From Marsupella aquatica (Eukaryota > Plantae > Marchantiophyta): a stretch of 64,000 nt of DNA. The notes under the pieces were generated by a model. It saw only the letters and a list, made by a program, of their open reading frames with translations. It was not told the DNA's origin and searched no databases. The stretch lies in the NCBI GenBank assembly GCA_973895155.1, contig OZ316896.1:124001-188000 (forward strand). The letters are read 5' to 3'. Below are positions 1-17,192 of the stretch, one piece after another (position 1 is the first letter of the stretch; each line of letters begins with the position of its first letter). The translations under genes were made by a program, and so were the position numbers.

Positions 1-1403
1 TGAAGAAACAAGCCGCAGTATTTAAGTGCTCGGCTTCATCAGGGCCAACTCAAATTGAGGCCACTAAGTTACCAGGAGTGGTACTGGCCGAAGGACAAGC
101 CGCGCCATTTGCACTAGTGCCGGAAGTAAGTGGGAAGGGGAAGGGGCCAGCTGCCGAACCAGAAAAGAAGAAGAAGCGAAAACCTTCAAGGTCAAGGAGT
201 AATACGGCTCCACAGGCCGTGGTGACCAAGGAGGTAAACCCAGCACCGACCTCAGGCAGGGTTACGACAGAGGATCCAACTACCTTGGAAGAAGGGGATG
301 ACAAGGCTGAGGCCGTAGCCAAGGTTGATGTTGAAGCCGATGCCGTTGCCGAGGGTGGACCCAGTCAGGCCGATGGAGAGTTGACTTAGTCAAGGGCAGG
401 TAATCTGTCAGAGAACGAACCTACGGCAGTGGCTAAGATGGAAGCGTTGGGGGCGTCCACTGAGGAACAGACACCGCTGCCATGACGGTGGTGGAGGGCC
501 GCTCCACTCAAGGAGGGCGGACGTGGAGGGAGGAGGCGTGAGTGGGCAGGGCGGGCTCAGATCTCTAAGTTTAGGATTAGGATCAGGACCAGGAGGCGGC
601 CCTGACACTTAGCTTAGTGGGATTGCGGTTCCACTGGTAAGAGCAACACTTGTACTCCTGCCTCGTTGTACATAGGTAGATTTAGTTAGGTAGATTCAGT
701 GAGGTAGATTAAGCTTACGCTGCAAGGAATTAGGCGGATCCACTACCAAGATAAGTACCTGGGCAGCGGGGAGCTCAGGGCCTCTTCTTTAGCAAGTTTT
801 TAGTTGCACCAGCCGGGCTGGGATCAAGTAGTAAGAGAAGCTCTCGGTTAGTCATATAGTGACCCTTGTGTATATTCATGTTTCCTCATGCCTAAGAGCT
901 GAATAGAGTTGGCCTCACGGCTTAGTTCGCAGAGCTTGTGTATGAGATGTACTGTTTGTATGGCAAGTGCATGGTATGACTCAGTCAGAAGGAGTCATTT
1001 TGCTATTTGTGTGTCGCATTAACTTGTGTGAAGAGTGCCCACATCAACTAATAGAGGAAGGAAAGTAAGCAAGAGAGTGAGAGTTGGATGTGTCGAGCTG
1101 AGAGAGGTCTTAGCGGCTTAACCAAGCCTATTGGGGATCATTTCGGCGGCGGAATCCAAATATACCTAACAAGACGGAGGGGAAGACAAGGGAAGGCCTA
1201 GATTAGGCCGGCTACGTATCTCATGACCCGATGAAGGATCTGTCCAGTATATGTGTGTAAAATGTTAATAGTAGTAGTAGAAGGAGGTTAGCAGCGTCCC
1301 ATGCCACTAAGCCGCGGAAACGGTCTCCCCAAGCGTGAAACCCGCGGGAATTGGCTTGTGAAGGGGGGTTTCTGGGGTTTAGGGAGCCATGGGATGCACC
1401 ACA
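1..1403 (+). repeat. 5' LTR of copy A (left end outside the window); includes the C-terminal tail of the LTR-encoded ORF (1-485)
   Basis: Reverse complement of the sequences starting at 37943, 51258 and 53156. ORF 78..389 (GKGP..KKKKRKPS..QAVVTKEVNPAPTSG..EGGPSQADGELT) matches ORFs 38845..39609 and 52160..52990. Ends in CA immediately before the PBS. Confidence 0.85.
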
Positions 1404-1407
1404 TTTT

Positions 1408-1425
1408 TGGCGCTAGATGGAGGGG
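1408..1425 (+). promoter_or_regulatory. Primer-binding site complementary to tRNA-Asn
   Basis: TGGCGCTAGATGGAGGGG, 4 nt after the LTR end. One mismatch to the complement of the plant tRNA-Asn(GUU) 3' end ...CCCCUCCUUCUAGCGCCA (recalled from memory). Confidence 0.75.
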
Positions 1426-1472
1426 GCATTTCTTAAGCCGTGAGATATGAAGTTAGGAAAGAAGCGTAGGTA

Positions 1473-2999
1473 ATGATTGAACCTACGCCAAGGGAGGAAA
1501 GAGTGATTCAACGGGAGAGAGCTCGTCTGCAGCAGCTCGCCGGGTGGCATGATACACAGCGACTGAGAGGAGCAGAAAGAGCTGGTAGCTCCAAAGCTGG
1601 AAGTGGCCTCGAAGAAGACATACCAGAAGAAGAGTCGGTAGGAAGAAACGAGTACCCAACCGACATGGAGGAACCAGAGGCACGGCCAGACGAGAGGCCA
1701 GGGACCAGACTGAGCCAATAGTCGCGCATTCATTACAAAGCATTTCATGGAAGAGGAGATGAGGATCCGGACGAATGGTTGGATGATTTCGAGGGAACCG
1801 CTGCAGCAAATGGAGAATCGGCCATCAAGATGCAGATTCTTCCCGGCCTGTTCAAGGGTGAGGCTAGGCCTTGGTACAGAGCATTGGATGTGGAAGATCA
1901 AGCCATCTGGGATATCTTCAAAACACTATTTGTTAAGGAGTTTCGACCCATTGGAACTTCAGAACTAGCAGTGCTGAAATTGGGACAACTTCGGTTCAAA
2001 GGAGAACAAATCCTTCAAGAAGTTCTTGCAACGCTTTCAGAAACTGGTAAGACGTACAAAGACCAATGCATCTGAAGGTATGCAACTTCAATGGTTGGTG
2101 AATGCTTTGCCACAGAAGATGAGTTTTGCAATTAGGAAGGAGAACCCAGAGACTTTAGCCGAGGCAATTAAAGATATTCAATTATACATTAATGCAGATG
2201 TCACAAGCTGGAAGAAATAGCTTAAGTCTGAGAGTTCCTCATCGGAGGAGGGATCACCCCATAAGAAAAAGGATAAGAAAACAAAACACTCTAAGAAGTC
2301 AAGAAGTGATAACTCAAGCTCGGATAGTGGAAGTAGCAAGAGTGAGTCATCCTCTAGTTCTGAAGAAGAAAAAACTAGGAGAAGGAAGGGTAAAAGAAGA
2401 AGAAAGACGAAAGTCAAGCTGGAGGCTAAACCACCAGATAACATCGTAGCCCTTACCGAGCAGCTTAAAGCTATAATAGCAGAGGTAAAACCGAAGAAGA
2501 AGGTAGTGCAGGAGGATAGCTCTGTATGGTGTGCCTTATGTTATAAAACCGGACACCATAAAGATGCATGTCCTAAGCTCAATACTAGTCATGTTCGGCA
2601 TGTGGCTGAAGTCAGACCATGTCAGGGAGAAGTAGAGTACTTTCTAGGAGATGCCGCTGATAGTGTTTTCGGCATCAGTGAGACTGGAGCACGAGACCTA
2701 TCCAACCGACCTGCATCTCTCTGGTTAGGATTAAGGAACAATCCAGGAGAGATGTATCCTCGGATTATTCAGAATCCGTCAGTACCCCCTAGGCCGAATG
2801 TGCAAAGATTTGCGGCATGCTATAATTGTGGTCAACCTGGCCATTTTGCTAGAGAATGCCCGAATGCACGCAAACAAGGTGATGGACAACCAGCTCAGCT
2901 ATGTATGGGATGCCGACAGGAGGGTCACATGCTAGGACAATGTCCTACTTGGTTGGCGGGATTGGCCGCAAATCATAAGCTCTTGCCGGTCAAGGTCTT
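1473..2999 (+). pseudogene. gag: gag of copy A, with stop codons and a frameshift; three CCHC zinc knuckles
   Basis: FHGRGDEDPDEWLDDFE capsid-type motif; CALCYKTGHHKDAC, CYNCGQPGHFAREC and CMGCRQEGHMLGQC. Broken into ORFs 1473..1721, 1779..2075, 2026..2220 and 2506..3075. Confidence 0.88.
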
Positions 3000-3007
3000 T
3001 CCCTTGC

Positions 3008-5542
3008 GCACAATCTCAAAGTACCATCCTTTTTGGACACAAACAGCGCGGGCGCCCCATAAGGACTCTTACTAGGACGAATGAACCCTTGGTCGATCAA
3101 CTCTTCCAAGGCGTTCTTCAACATCATTCGTTCGTTCAGGTTCAGATGGTAAGGAGCTTTAGCCTGAGGAGCCGATCCTGGCTCCAACTCAACCTGGTGA
3201 TCCACTTCTCTCCTCGGGGGTAAACCTTTAGGTAGCTTTTGCGAGAGCACGTCGTTGAATTCCTCTAAAATTTCAGGGATTCTACCGCAGTCAAGCCCGA
3301 CCTTAGCTGACTTAGCCTTGGGCTGCGAAGCAGCCCCCTTGACTGGGTGGAGATGAAAGAAGAAACATTCATGCCCACCCTTAAAGTCTTTCCACCATTG
3401 CTTCGCCGATACACACGGAGACAACCACGACACTTTACTTACTTTAAGAAATCTTTATTTATTTTTGGTAATTTCGTGTACAACGATGGGCTCACCGCCC
3501 TTATTGGGAAAATGAAGCACTTCATCCCCCGGTTTCAAGGTAACATTGTGCTTTCTGAGATAGCCTACCGACAAAATGAAGTCTACGGCTAGACCGTCTA
3601 GAACGTAGAATATCTCCTGACTACCAAAATTTTGCTGTTCGCCTATGACCTCTACTCGAAGTCTATGTACCACTCTAGACACTATGCCTTTTGTGTCGTT
3701 GGCAAACTTGCACACTAACGGTTGAAGCAACTCTTGCTCGTCCACTCCAAGACGTGCCGCCGCCTGCCCACTTATGAAGCAGGCGGTCGCGCCTGTATCA
3801 ACCAATGCAACACCCAGATTACCGTTAGAAGTGACATTCACAAAAATCAGCTTTTCAGGACCCTTTGTCTTAACTTTAGGTACTATCTCTGGCAACAACC
3901 CTTTCACACCGGCAGGAACATCCTCTATAGGGACCTCGTCAGTTACTAAGGGTTCGGTTAGAGCGATACTTACCTTGATGCTCTTCTGCCCCCCATCTCC
4001 GTTCGGCTTGCCACCTTTCGTGGTGCCATCCTTACTTTGATGGCCCATGGTGCCACACGTGAAGCACGACCCTTCGGCCCGCCTCTGCTCCGTGAGCGCC
4101 TGCTTCTTTTCTCTCTGTGCCGATGAGGATCCCTTCTTGAAGTTGTTGGCTTTCCGGTTGCGTTTTGCATTTCCATTCTGGGGCTGGGGATCCGAACCAC
4201 CGGCCCCCGCCCCCTCTGGTTGCTTGCGCTTATTCCCGGGACCTTTTGCTTTCCCAGCTTCCCCCTCGGATCCCTTGCCACCCACCTTCGCCAAGTCCGG
4301 CCGGTTATTAACCAACGTAGTGGCCTTGTCAAAGGCGTCAGAAAGCGTTTTAAAGTCATGACGCTTTTCCTGACGCTTTTCCTGCAACTTTTCCCTGAGC
4401 AACGGCGGGAGCTTCACTATAAAGTTGTGAAGCTGCGTATGTAGGGTCTCTTGCCCCGCCGGGATACACGCCAACTGATTCTGGTAATAGGTGATGAACT
4501 TTTGGATATCACCCCTGAAGCTCATCTCTGTTACACATTTCTGAGCGTGCCGCTTTGGGTACTTAGTGGTGACGTGAGCACGGAGACCCTCAACCAGGTT
4601 TTCCCAAGATAAAGGCAAGGAGGAGTCTTCCCTCGACTTCTTCCATGACTTATACCAAGTCAAGGCATAATCGATCCTTCAGGTAAGGAGCAGCTGCGGT
4701 AGCCCAAGTGGATCGCTCAACGCACACTTGGAGATGAATCTCCATCGTGAGAGCCAACTCAGGAAATTTTGTCCACTTTGCTCGTAGGCCCCGTCATAAG
4801 TTGGAGGAGTCGGTAACTGGTTCACTTGGAACATACTCCGTCCAACTACCATTCCCCCTTTGGGACGTGTTGCACTCTGACTACCCAGACTAAGTAAATA
4901 CTTAATCTGGGCCCCCTTGTTGTGTTCCAGCTGCTCATAAATGAGTCGCTGGTCTTGGGTCAACGGACCCAATCCTTCGTCAGCGGCTGGGCCCTTGCGG
5001 GTTGTGTGAGGACGGTCCTCCCACCGTCTTTCCTTTGCGGGTCGCCTATCCTTAGGTTCCTTTGTGGATTTTGGTGATACTCCCCGCGCTTTGTGAGCAC
5101 CATGACCTCCCGGGGCTGAGGCATCACCCTTACCACCCTGGTTCTGCTTAGTCAAATTATCCACGATGACGTCCGACTCAACATCATCTTCTGGTTCCGC
5201 GTTCAACCCTCTCAAGGCTGGGACCAGTTCCTCTTCCGGGTCCTGACCCTCTTCCTTCGATTTTGCATCCGCATCGTCGTCACTTGCACTTGAGTCGGTG
5301 TCATCGTCGCTCGACCCGTCCTCTGAAGGCTCGGCCACCTCCTTCCCTTTAAGTCGATGGCGCTCCTCGCTTGACGTGTTTGCCACGGTAGCCGACGGTT
5401 CGGCCGCCACATCCTCGTCATCTTGCTTATAACGCTCATCTAGGGAAGTTGACCCGTCCTCCTTTGTTTCCTCTGGAACTTGGGTTCTCCCCTTGGTGGG
5501 GGGAGCCTGTTTGCCACTCTTTGAACGAGTGTTTTTCGCCAT
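3008..5542 (-). pseudogene. gag-pol: gag-pro-(RT start) polyprotein with in-frame stops at 4679 and 3455
   Basis: ORFs 4679..5608 (ATG MAKNTRSK at 5542), 3455..4663 and 2990..3433 share one frame. The DTG protease and RT N-terminal motifs are present. Confidence 0.85.
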
Positions 5543-5673
5543 GTCCACAGTGACCGAATCTGCCCGCAGTCGACCCGCCGGGCACGTTGAAGCACTAAGT
5601 CCCCGCAAAAATCAGTTAAAATTTTTGGATTCCGACTTAACACAACCCCGGCCCGGTGTCTATGCCAGCAATC

Positions 5674-5685
5674 GCTTTGATACCA
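5674..5685 (-). promoter_or_regulatory. Primer-binding site for initiator tRNA-Met
   Basis: Plus-strand GCTTTGATACCA = TGGTATCAAAGC, one mismatch to the canonical TGGTATCAGAGC, located just upstream of gag. Confidence 0.85.
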
Positions 5686-5689
5686 CAAG

Positions 5690-7224
5690 TGGTGGACCTT
5701 GCCACCCGACGCCCTCACCAATCCTGACACTCACACCTAAGTGCCCCTGGTGCCCGAACGCCTCCACGGAATACCTCAAGCAAGCACCTTAGTGCCCTTT
5801 TTGCACCACCCGCGGCCACTCCCATACGAAGCCGCACTTGCTCTCTAATACGACCGCTACTCAACGGTCCTCACAGTCTGCACCACCAACCAAGCACTTT
5901 GGTAAGTAACCCTTCAGGATCTAGAACTCACCAAGTCTAGCATCCTAACTCAAGCTCAACAGACGTTTGGTAAGTAGGTCAGCGATAGGTCCTCCCGATG
6001 CCATGAGTCGGAACCAGAACCGACGCCCACTGTTCGTCCATAACAGCTCCTTCCTTGGGCGCGGCCCGGGTTACCCCTCGTACCTATCCATCACCAACTG
6101 ACCGCCCTGACCTCAGGACATGCTCATGGCCCAAATAAGCGTAGCTTGTCCCAAAGCTTGTCCCAACGCGCCAGGACCAGAATGGCCCCAACTCTAGCAT
6201 CCAACTCCCGATCGCCCCGTTGATGGTCTAGGGGCCAAACACCATTGGGGCTCAACCTCCCACCTACTTGGCCTTGCCTTGCCAACGCAAGCTCCCTAGG
6301 GAGACTGAACACGGCTTGGCTGCTGTTCGGTGGGATTTGGCAAGGGGGCGAACTAACACCCACTTTCCCCAAGAACCCATGGCGCCCCCAGACCCAGCTG
6401 AGCTCAGGAGGTCGTAGCCCACCTCAAGAGCTTTCCAACGCACCCAAGAAGTCCTCCAACGGACTTCCCGTTGGGAAGATATCGTCATTTCCGTTTGGCG
6501 TCTCCCCTTAGTGTCGCGACCGCCGTGGCTCACGACTTGGGCTCGCCCTTGGCCCCCAGGGAGACACCACTCCCCTCATATATGCTTCTGGGGACCTGCC
6601 ACCCCCAGACCAGCTTTGGTCCTCATCATTTGGCCTACAACCCGATTCCTATTTCGCATAGCGGGCGCGCCACCAACTGGCAACGCCCATAACTTTCTTG
6701 TTAGGCATCCGCAAATGGAGTGCCTTAGCCCATTGTGACCGGGCCGACCCGGTGCTCATGCCTAGGCCCTCAGGTCTGATTGCCGCTCGGGGCCCCCGAT
6801 CGGCCCAACCCGGATTGGGCCATAACTTGCGCCCCAAGTGTCCGTTACCACTGGAGTCAACTCCATTGGCCTTGGGCCCGAGAGGAGCTCATACTCAAGC
6901 CCTCAGAACTCAAAGTCCGTCCGGTGGCCCGGACGGTCGACCTTGAGCCCAGCCCTTATCCCGCTTGACCCGGCTAGCACTCGGCTCGCCAAGGTCCTTA
7001 GTGTGTGTCACCAGCTTGACGCCATGCCTTCGCCAGTGCCACTTCCCAATGCTCACTAGTCTCCCCATGCTAAGTCCTCCCCGGATGGCCTATTCGGGCC
7101 TGGACCATAAGGGAGCTCGGCGTCGGAGTCAGCGACGCCGGAGCTAAGTGTTGAGGTAGTCGAGTTCCGCGACTTCCAAGCGGTATGGCCCTGCGGCATT
7201 GTGGGCCAAGTTGGATTCCACCCC
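5690..7224 (-). repeat. Probable 5' LTR (~1.5 kb) of the chromovirus-like element
   Basis: GC-rich non-coding block ending ...GGTCCACCA (minus strand) 4 nt before the PBS. An imperfect inverted end (GGATTCCACCCCA) lies near 7213-7225. There is no second copy in the window to confirm it. Confidence 0.5.
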
Positions 7225-7477
7225 AGAAGAGTTCCCTGTAAGTAGGAATCCAAAAACATTCCTTGGCAATGCTAGTTGTATAAGGTCTATTGTGTGGGCA
7301 TGTATTGATACAAGCAATATGTCATGTGCAGGTGGATTGGACTCCTCCTGAGGGGTTAGTGACACGGGCCATCATAGAGGATGAGCAGACGGACATTGTA
7401 CCCAATGAGGAGGGTACCCAGGAGGAGACACCTCTAACTTGTGGGCAACAGGGCAGTGCAGGCACACAGGCTCGTGA

Positions 7478-7636
7478 CAGAGAGAGAGGTGAGGGAGGGA
7501 GAGATAGAGGGAGGGAGAGAGAGAGATGAGGGAGGGAGGGAGGTGAGGGAGGGAGGGAGAGATAGAGGGAGGGAGAGAGGGAGAGATAGAGGGAGGGAGA
7601 GAGAGAGAGATGAGGGAAGGAGAGAGAGAGAGGGAG
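7478..7636 (+). repeat. Purine-rich (GA/GGGA/GATA) low-complexity tract
   Basis: Directly visible GAGAGAGG/GAGGGAGG/GATAGAGG runs. Confidence 0.9.
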
Positions 7637-7849
7637 GACGAGGAGCCATGTCCACAGGGACTCCACCAGGAGATCCCGTGACACTAGAGGCAAGGGTGCG
7701 GAGCAGACAGATCCTTTGTCCTCTAGTAGTAGTAGCTCAAATGAGGATGAGCAGAGGTTTGAGTTGCGCAGTCGAGGCGGACAGTCAGGAGGTGCGCAAG
7801 AGAGGTCCCTTCGTAGGTCTGGATGGAACAGGAGCCACTCTCAGCGACA

Positions 7850-7872
7850 TTAGGGTTTAGGGTTTAGGGTTT
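7850..7872 (+). repeat. Interstitial plant telomere-type repeats (TTTAGGG x3)
   Basis: TTAGGGTTTAGGGTTTAGGGTTT. Confidence 0.8.
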
Positions 7873-8124
7873 CTTTGCAGGACTTCCTCCTGAATTTTGT
7901 AAATCTCCCAATTCAATTTTGATCTCACCCATATGTAGTGGTGCCACATTCCAGGATTGAATTGTGTACAATGGGCATGTATTGATCTTGAACACTTGAT
8001 TGTGTATTTTGTATGTATTCCCTACCCCCTAAAATGCACAACCCTCCCACATAACCATGGAGCCCTAAACAATATCATAGGTCAGTATAACCCCACAAAA
8101 GCCAGATAATGTTAGTATATATAC

Positions 8125-8548
8125 CTCGTCTATGGGAAGAAGCAGACGTCTTATTTGGCAATGTTTAATTAATTACGTCTTTCCAAAAGACCAACATTAC
8201 GTCCTGACTAAAGACACACGCTAGCCTAAACGTCCTTTTTAAGGCCTCGTGTAAACACGTTATACAGGACGTTATTAAGTATAACATCGTATTTACGGAC
8301 ATAAATTACTGGAATTGTCCGACTAAACTCTTCCCATTGGACCGTTGTTATTTACTACGTCCATCAGATTACGTCGCATAAAATGAGGTAACTAACGTCG
8401 TGGTAGACATCATTAATGAGATCGTCTGGGTCTGGGCTCTTAACGTGCCCAGTTTCACGTCGCCAAAATCGACTTTGCTTCGGGGCAAGTTTACGTCGAG
8501 TAAAGCGTCAACTCAGATTACGTTAAACCCTCAAGAAATGTAGTTGTG
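8125..8548. repeat. Cluster of TTACGTC/ACGTC motifs resembling DNA-transposon subterminal repeats
   Basis: More than 10 ACGTC/TTACGT-like motifs in ~420 bp, ending in AAGAAATGTAGTTGTG, which resembles a degenerate CACTA end. Confidence 0.35.
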
Positions 8549-10469
8549 ATGTCACCAGCTAATACAAAAGCAATCACCAGCTCATTATGTCCTAACGGTA
8601 AGTGACTTTTATGTCCTGAGCCGTAACTCATGTACAATTGTGCTTTGACACGCCCTCCTAGATGCATCAAGAAGATCACTGACCTGTGCTCACCATAGCT
8701 TGGTTGGATTGATGAGGAGATTATTCATAGCAAGGTGAGAAACAACAGACCCAATGGGTAGGCTTAATTTATTAGGTTCTATTGTAAGGTCAAGTTGTGC
8801 CCTGGTCAGCCTACTTTTTAAGGTTTTTTGTTTTTAGCCAATGTGGCAAATGTCAACCTCTCTAAGGGAAGAAATGCTAAGAATATTCTTTATCAAAATT
8901 CCAGGATTATTTCCTGACTGTCAAATTTCCCTCTATTTATGAACAACAGTTAGATTCTAGCAAATGGGGTCCATGATTTGGTGGGAAAGTGGCGAAGGAA
9001 AGACACAAAATCTAACAAGTTTTTGCCAACAGTGGCAAACAGTTTTGGGGAGGTGGCTTTGGCAAAAATTCACACCTAAAAAATATGTTGGCCCTGGCCT
9101 TAGTGCAAACAGCCTACAGGAGTGTGATAGATGGCAGTGGGAATGGAAAGGCAGAAACGAGGTTGGCGCTTCCCCAATATGACCTGTGTGAACTGCTCGC
9201 TTCCCATCTTGGTCGTCAACAAGCTTCCCATCTTGGTCGTCAACAATTCAGCATATCGAAATGTTGACACACACAATGGAAGAATTTGTAGGGAGGTTGG
9301 TCCATGCCTAAGGTGAGGTTCATTTTTTGGCTCTTATTGAATCACATTTTCTTCACAAATGGGAGGGGAAGCCATTGGAAGTTGTGTGATGGTATCTTCT
9401 CCAGGTGTATATCATGCTTTGAGCATACTCAACACCTTTTCTTCAGTTGAAACAAAGTTACAAAGAGGTGGAGACGAGGGTGGAGAGAGATCCAACAACT
9501 AGTGCTAGGTCCTCCTGCACTTAAGGTGACTACCAGTACAATGTTTAAGGCCATTGATAGTGCAATTTTGAAGTATGAATGGAATCATGGAATTATGCCA
9601 CAACATATGGAAAGAAACAAACAAACCCACCTACTCTCAATTTCTTGGGATATGTCCGGATTGGGTGGTCTTCCATAACACTAACTTGACGTTGGAATCC
9701 ATGATAGGCTTCTGTCATTCTGCTAAGAAAGCTAAGCAGGTCAAAGATGTCATTGAGCTACTCCAGGTCGTGCTGAAACCTCGGGAACAGACTCATAGTC
9801 CAGTCTCGCTTGGAGTTGAAGATGAGGAAAGTAGATAGGATCTTGCAGCTGACCAGGTATGGTATACATCTTAGGGAGAGTAGTAGCAGAGAGCCCTGGT
9901 GTACCCGGGGGTGTACCAGCCGCTGGGATCAGGAGTTGGCCATGGTTTGGTGGTTGCTTTTGATTGCTTGACATGACTAGTCTTGGACTTTCCGGGTTGG
10001 ACTTTTTGTCCTGCCTGGGCCTTGGTGTGTTCCTCCCTGGGTGGCGTTTGTCCCTGGAGTGGTGTGTTGGGGTGCACCTCCCTCATTTTGGCGCCACCCT
10101 TGTGGGGCACTTGGTTGTAAAAGAAAAAGAAAAGAAGATGGCGATCCCTAGTAGCACAGAGGTGCCACTATGAAATGCTAAATGAAAGTCTGACAAACTT
10201 CCAGTACAACCTGATAATTATCAACATTTGATTCCATCCCTCAATCTAAGCAATTCGATGGTTTGCAACTTGCCTTGTGACCATTAATGTGCACTGTCCT
10301 CTTTGTTAGCCAGTGCTCTATTAATTGCATGTTTCACTTCATCAGGTCCAACTGTTTGAGCTCTCATGAGTTTTCAACTTAGGCTTCTAGGTCCATTCTG
10401 GAAAATCTGGCGGCCTAGAAAAACCCAAGGATAATTCCAAATGTAGTGAATTTCTTCTCACCTTGTTAT

Positions 10470-15756
<5,287 letters not shown>

Positions 15757-16657
15757 AGAATTCGCCTAATGGCCTTCTCTCATAATTTTTTAAATGAGAA
15801 TTTTGCATTCTACATTCTCTAATCTGTCGCATCCTTGTGAGCATCTTGTCTTCAGATTGACAGGATATCTATCTGAGTGCGCTGTTTATGTTATGCCCTT
15901 TCCTTCTTGAAAGCTGTCATTGGTCTGGACCCAGAATGGCGCATTGGATTATGGATGGTATTCCAATTGTTGTCTCCAAGCTTTGCACCATTTTCATACC
16001 AAGCAAGTGTGACGTGACCGCTCATTCGAACGAATTACTTGAGAATGCATTCTCTGGACATGGGAATGCATTTTGGTCAAGAATCATGTAAAAACAACCA
16101 CTTCCTAGCAAAGACTCCATGGGCGCCTATCTAATTCAGGTCTAGTGAGTTGTAAAAACATCACACAATGCGCCTAGTGACCAACCCGAGATTCTCGACA
16201 CTTGCAAGTTGGAAACTACAAAGTCGATCGAAACTTTACAATAAATCATCGATATCAAAATGGGAATGATACCCACATCGGTGCAGTCGGTATTGATTCT
16301 ATGAGTGAGCCCAAGACGAAAGAAAGTAAACGAAATCGTTTAGAAGAAGCATTTTCTGGAAGATTGTTCTGGACGACACAATCGCGAGACCTCTACAGTC
16401 AGTCCTACTCTTTACGTTATCTACATTTCATATCCCGAGGATGAGTCCTAAAAGTTATCCAAACACTAAGGGAGCTCCAATATTATCCCTTCGACTCGAT
16501 CATACCATCGCGCTAAACATGATACACGTATCGCTTCGCCAAAAAAAGGAAATCTTTGCAATCGAATGCAGACGCACAGTTCACACTTTGTTAACTGGCC
16601 CAATCGCCTCATTGCTCCCCGATGCTCAGCTCGATGATTGTCATACAGCAAAATCGA

Positions 16658-16972
16658 CTACATCACAGCTCCACAGCATAAACTATCTCCCGTCTGTTGA
16701 TGCGCCTGTTCCTTGGCCATCTGATCTGCTAAATCATTCCATTTCGACTTCCAGTCTCTTCCATTTGTGTGCGCCAGGACATGCGTCCAGAAGATGCGTC
16801 GTTCACCCTGCTCCCTCAGCAACCACTTCAACAAATCACTGTTCAAAACGGGGGCTCCATCAGCTTTGACCCATCCTCGTGCTATCCATCCCGGAATCCA
16901 TTCAGTCATGGAGCGGATGAGCAGCATGCTATCAGAGTAGATGTAAAGCGGCTTCACTTTCGCCTTTGAAAC
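16658..16972 (-). CDS. RNase H (RNase HI-type) C-terminal half, present as a single exon
   Basis: IYSDS...WIPGWIARGWVKADGAPVLNSDL...WTHVLAH...NDLADQMAK. Phase-0 acceptor TTCCGCAG|GTT at 16973/16972. The N-terminal catalytic Asp/Glu segment was not found. Confidence 0.7.
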   Translation of the reverse strand, partial: VSKAKVKPLYIYSDSMLLIRSMTEWIPGWIARGWVKADGAPVLNSDLLKWLLREQGERRIFWTHVLAHTNGRDWKSKWNDLADQMAKEQAHQQTGDSLCCGAVM

Positions 16973-17192
16973 CTGCGGAAGTCTACAATTGGGTTTTGTT
17001 ATTGCATCTGTCTGTCAATGAAGATTTGGAGAAGAAAAAACATAGGGCAGTCTCCTCTTCGCCAAGGTGAGACAGTTGATGCCAATCAACAGCAATCGAG
17101 TTGACAGAACTCAACAAATATGGAAGAACACGAATTTCAGGGAAAGCAGATCACCTTCCAATGAGTTACTGCTACGAGTATCAGAATCCTGT

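Larger units (their letters stand above)
1..2999 (+). mobile_element. Ty3/gypsy LTR retrotransposon, copy A (partial 5' LTR + PBS + gag, truncated at 2999)
   Basis: Colinear with the minus-strand element at 37943-53155. The LTR ends ...GCACCACA at 1403, followed by a PBS and gag. Similarity to copy B stops at ...CAAGGTCTT (2999). Confidence 0.9.
3000..7224 (-). mobile_element. Truncated chromovirus-like Ty3/gypsy element (LTR, Met-PBS, gag-protease, start of RT)
   Basis: PBS TGGTATCAAAGC; gag knuckle CFTCGTMGHQSKD; protease ALVDTGATACF; pre-RT/RT LPPRREVDHQVELEPG...PSKSPYGAPALFVSKKDGTLRLC, which breaks off at ~3008. The right boundary is approximate. Confidence 0.85.

Noticed and set aside
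2506-3075. 189-aa ORF as an intact gene
   Set aside because: A gag fragment running across the fusion junction into antisense RT sequence.
5730-7260. Many short overlapping ORFs
   Set aside because: Expected in a GC-rich LTR; no motifs and no consistent frame.
7322-7860. Ser/Leu/Pro-rich and Arg/Glu-rich ORFs
   Set aside because: Produced by the GA low-complexity tract.
9198-9246. 24-bp direct duplication GCTTCCCATCTTGGTCGTCAACAA
   Set aside because: Simple local slippage or repair duplication with no associated structure.
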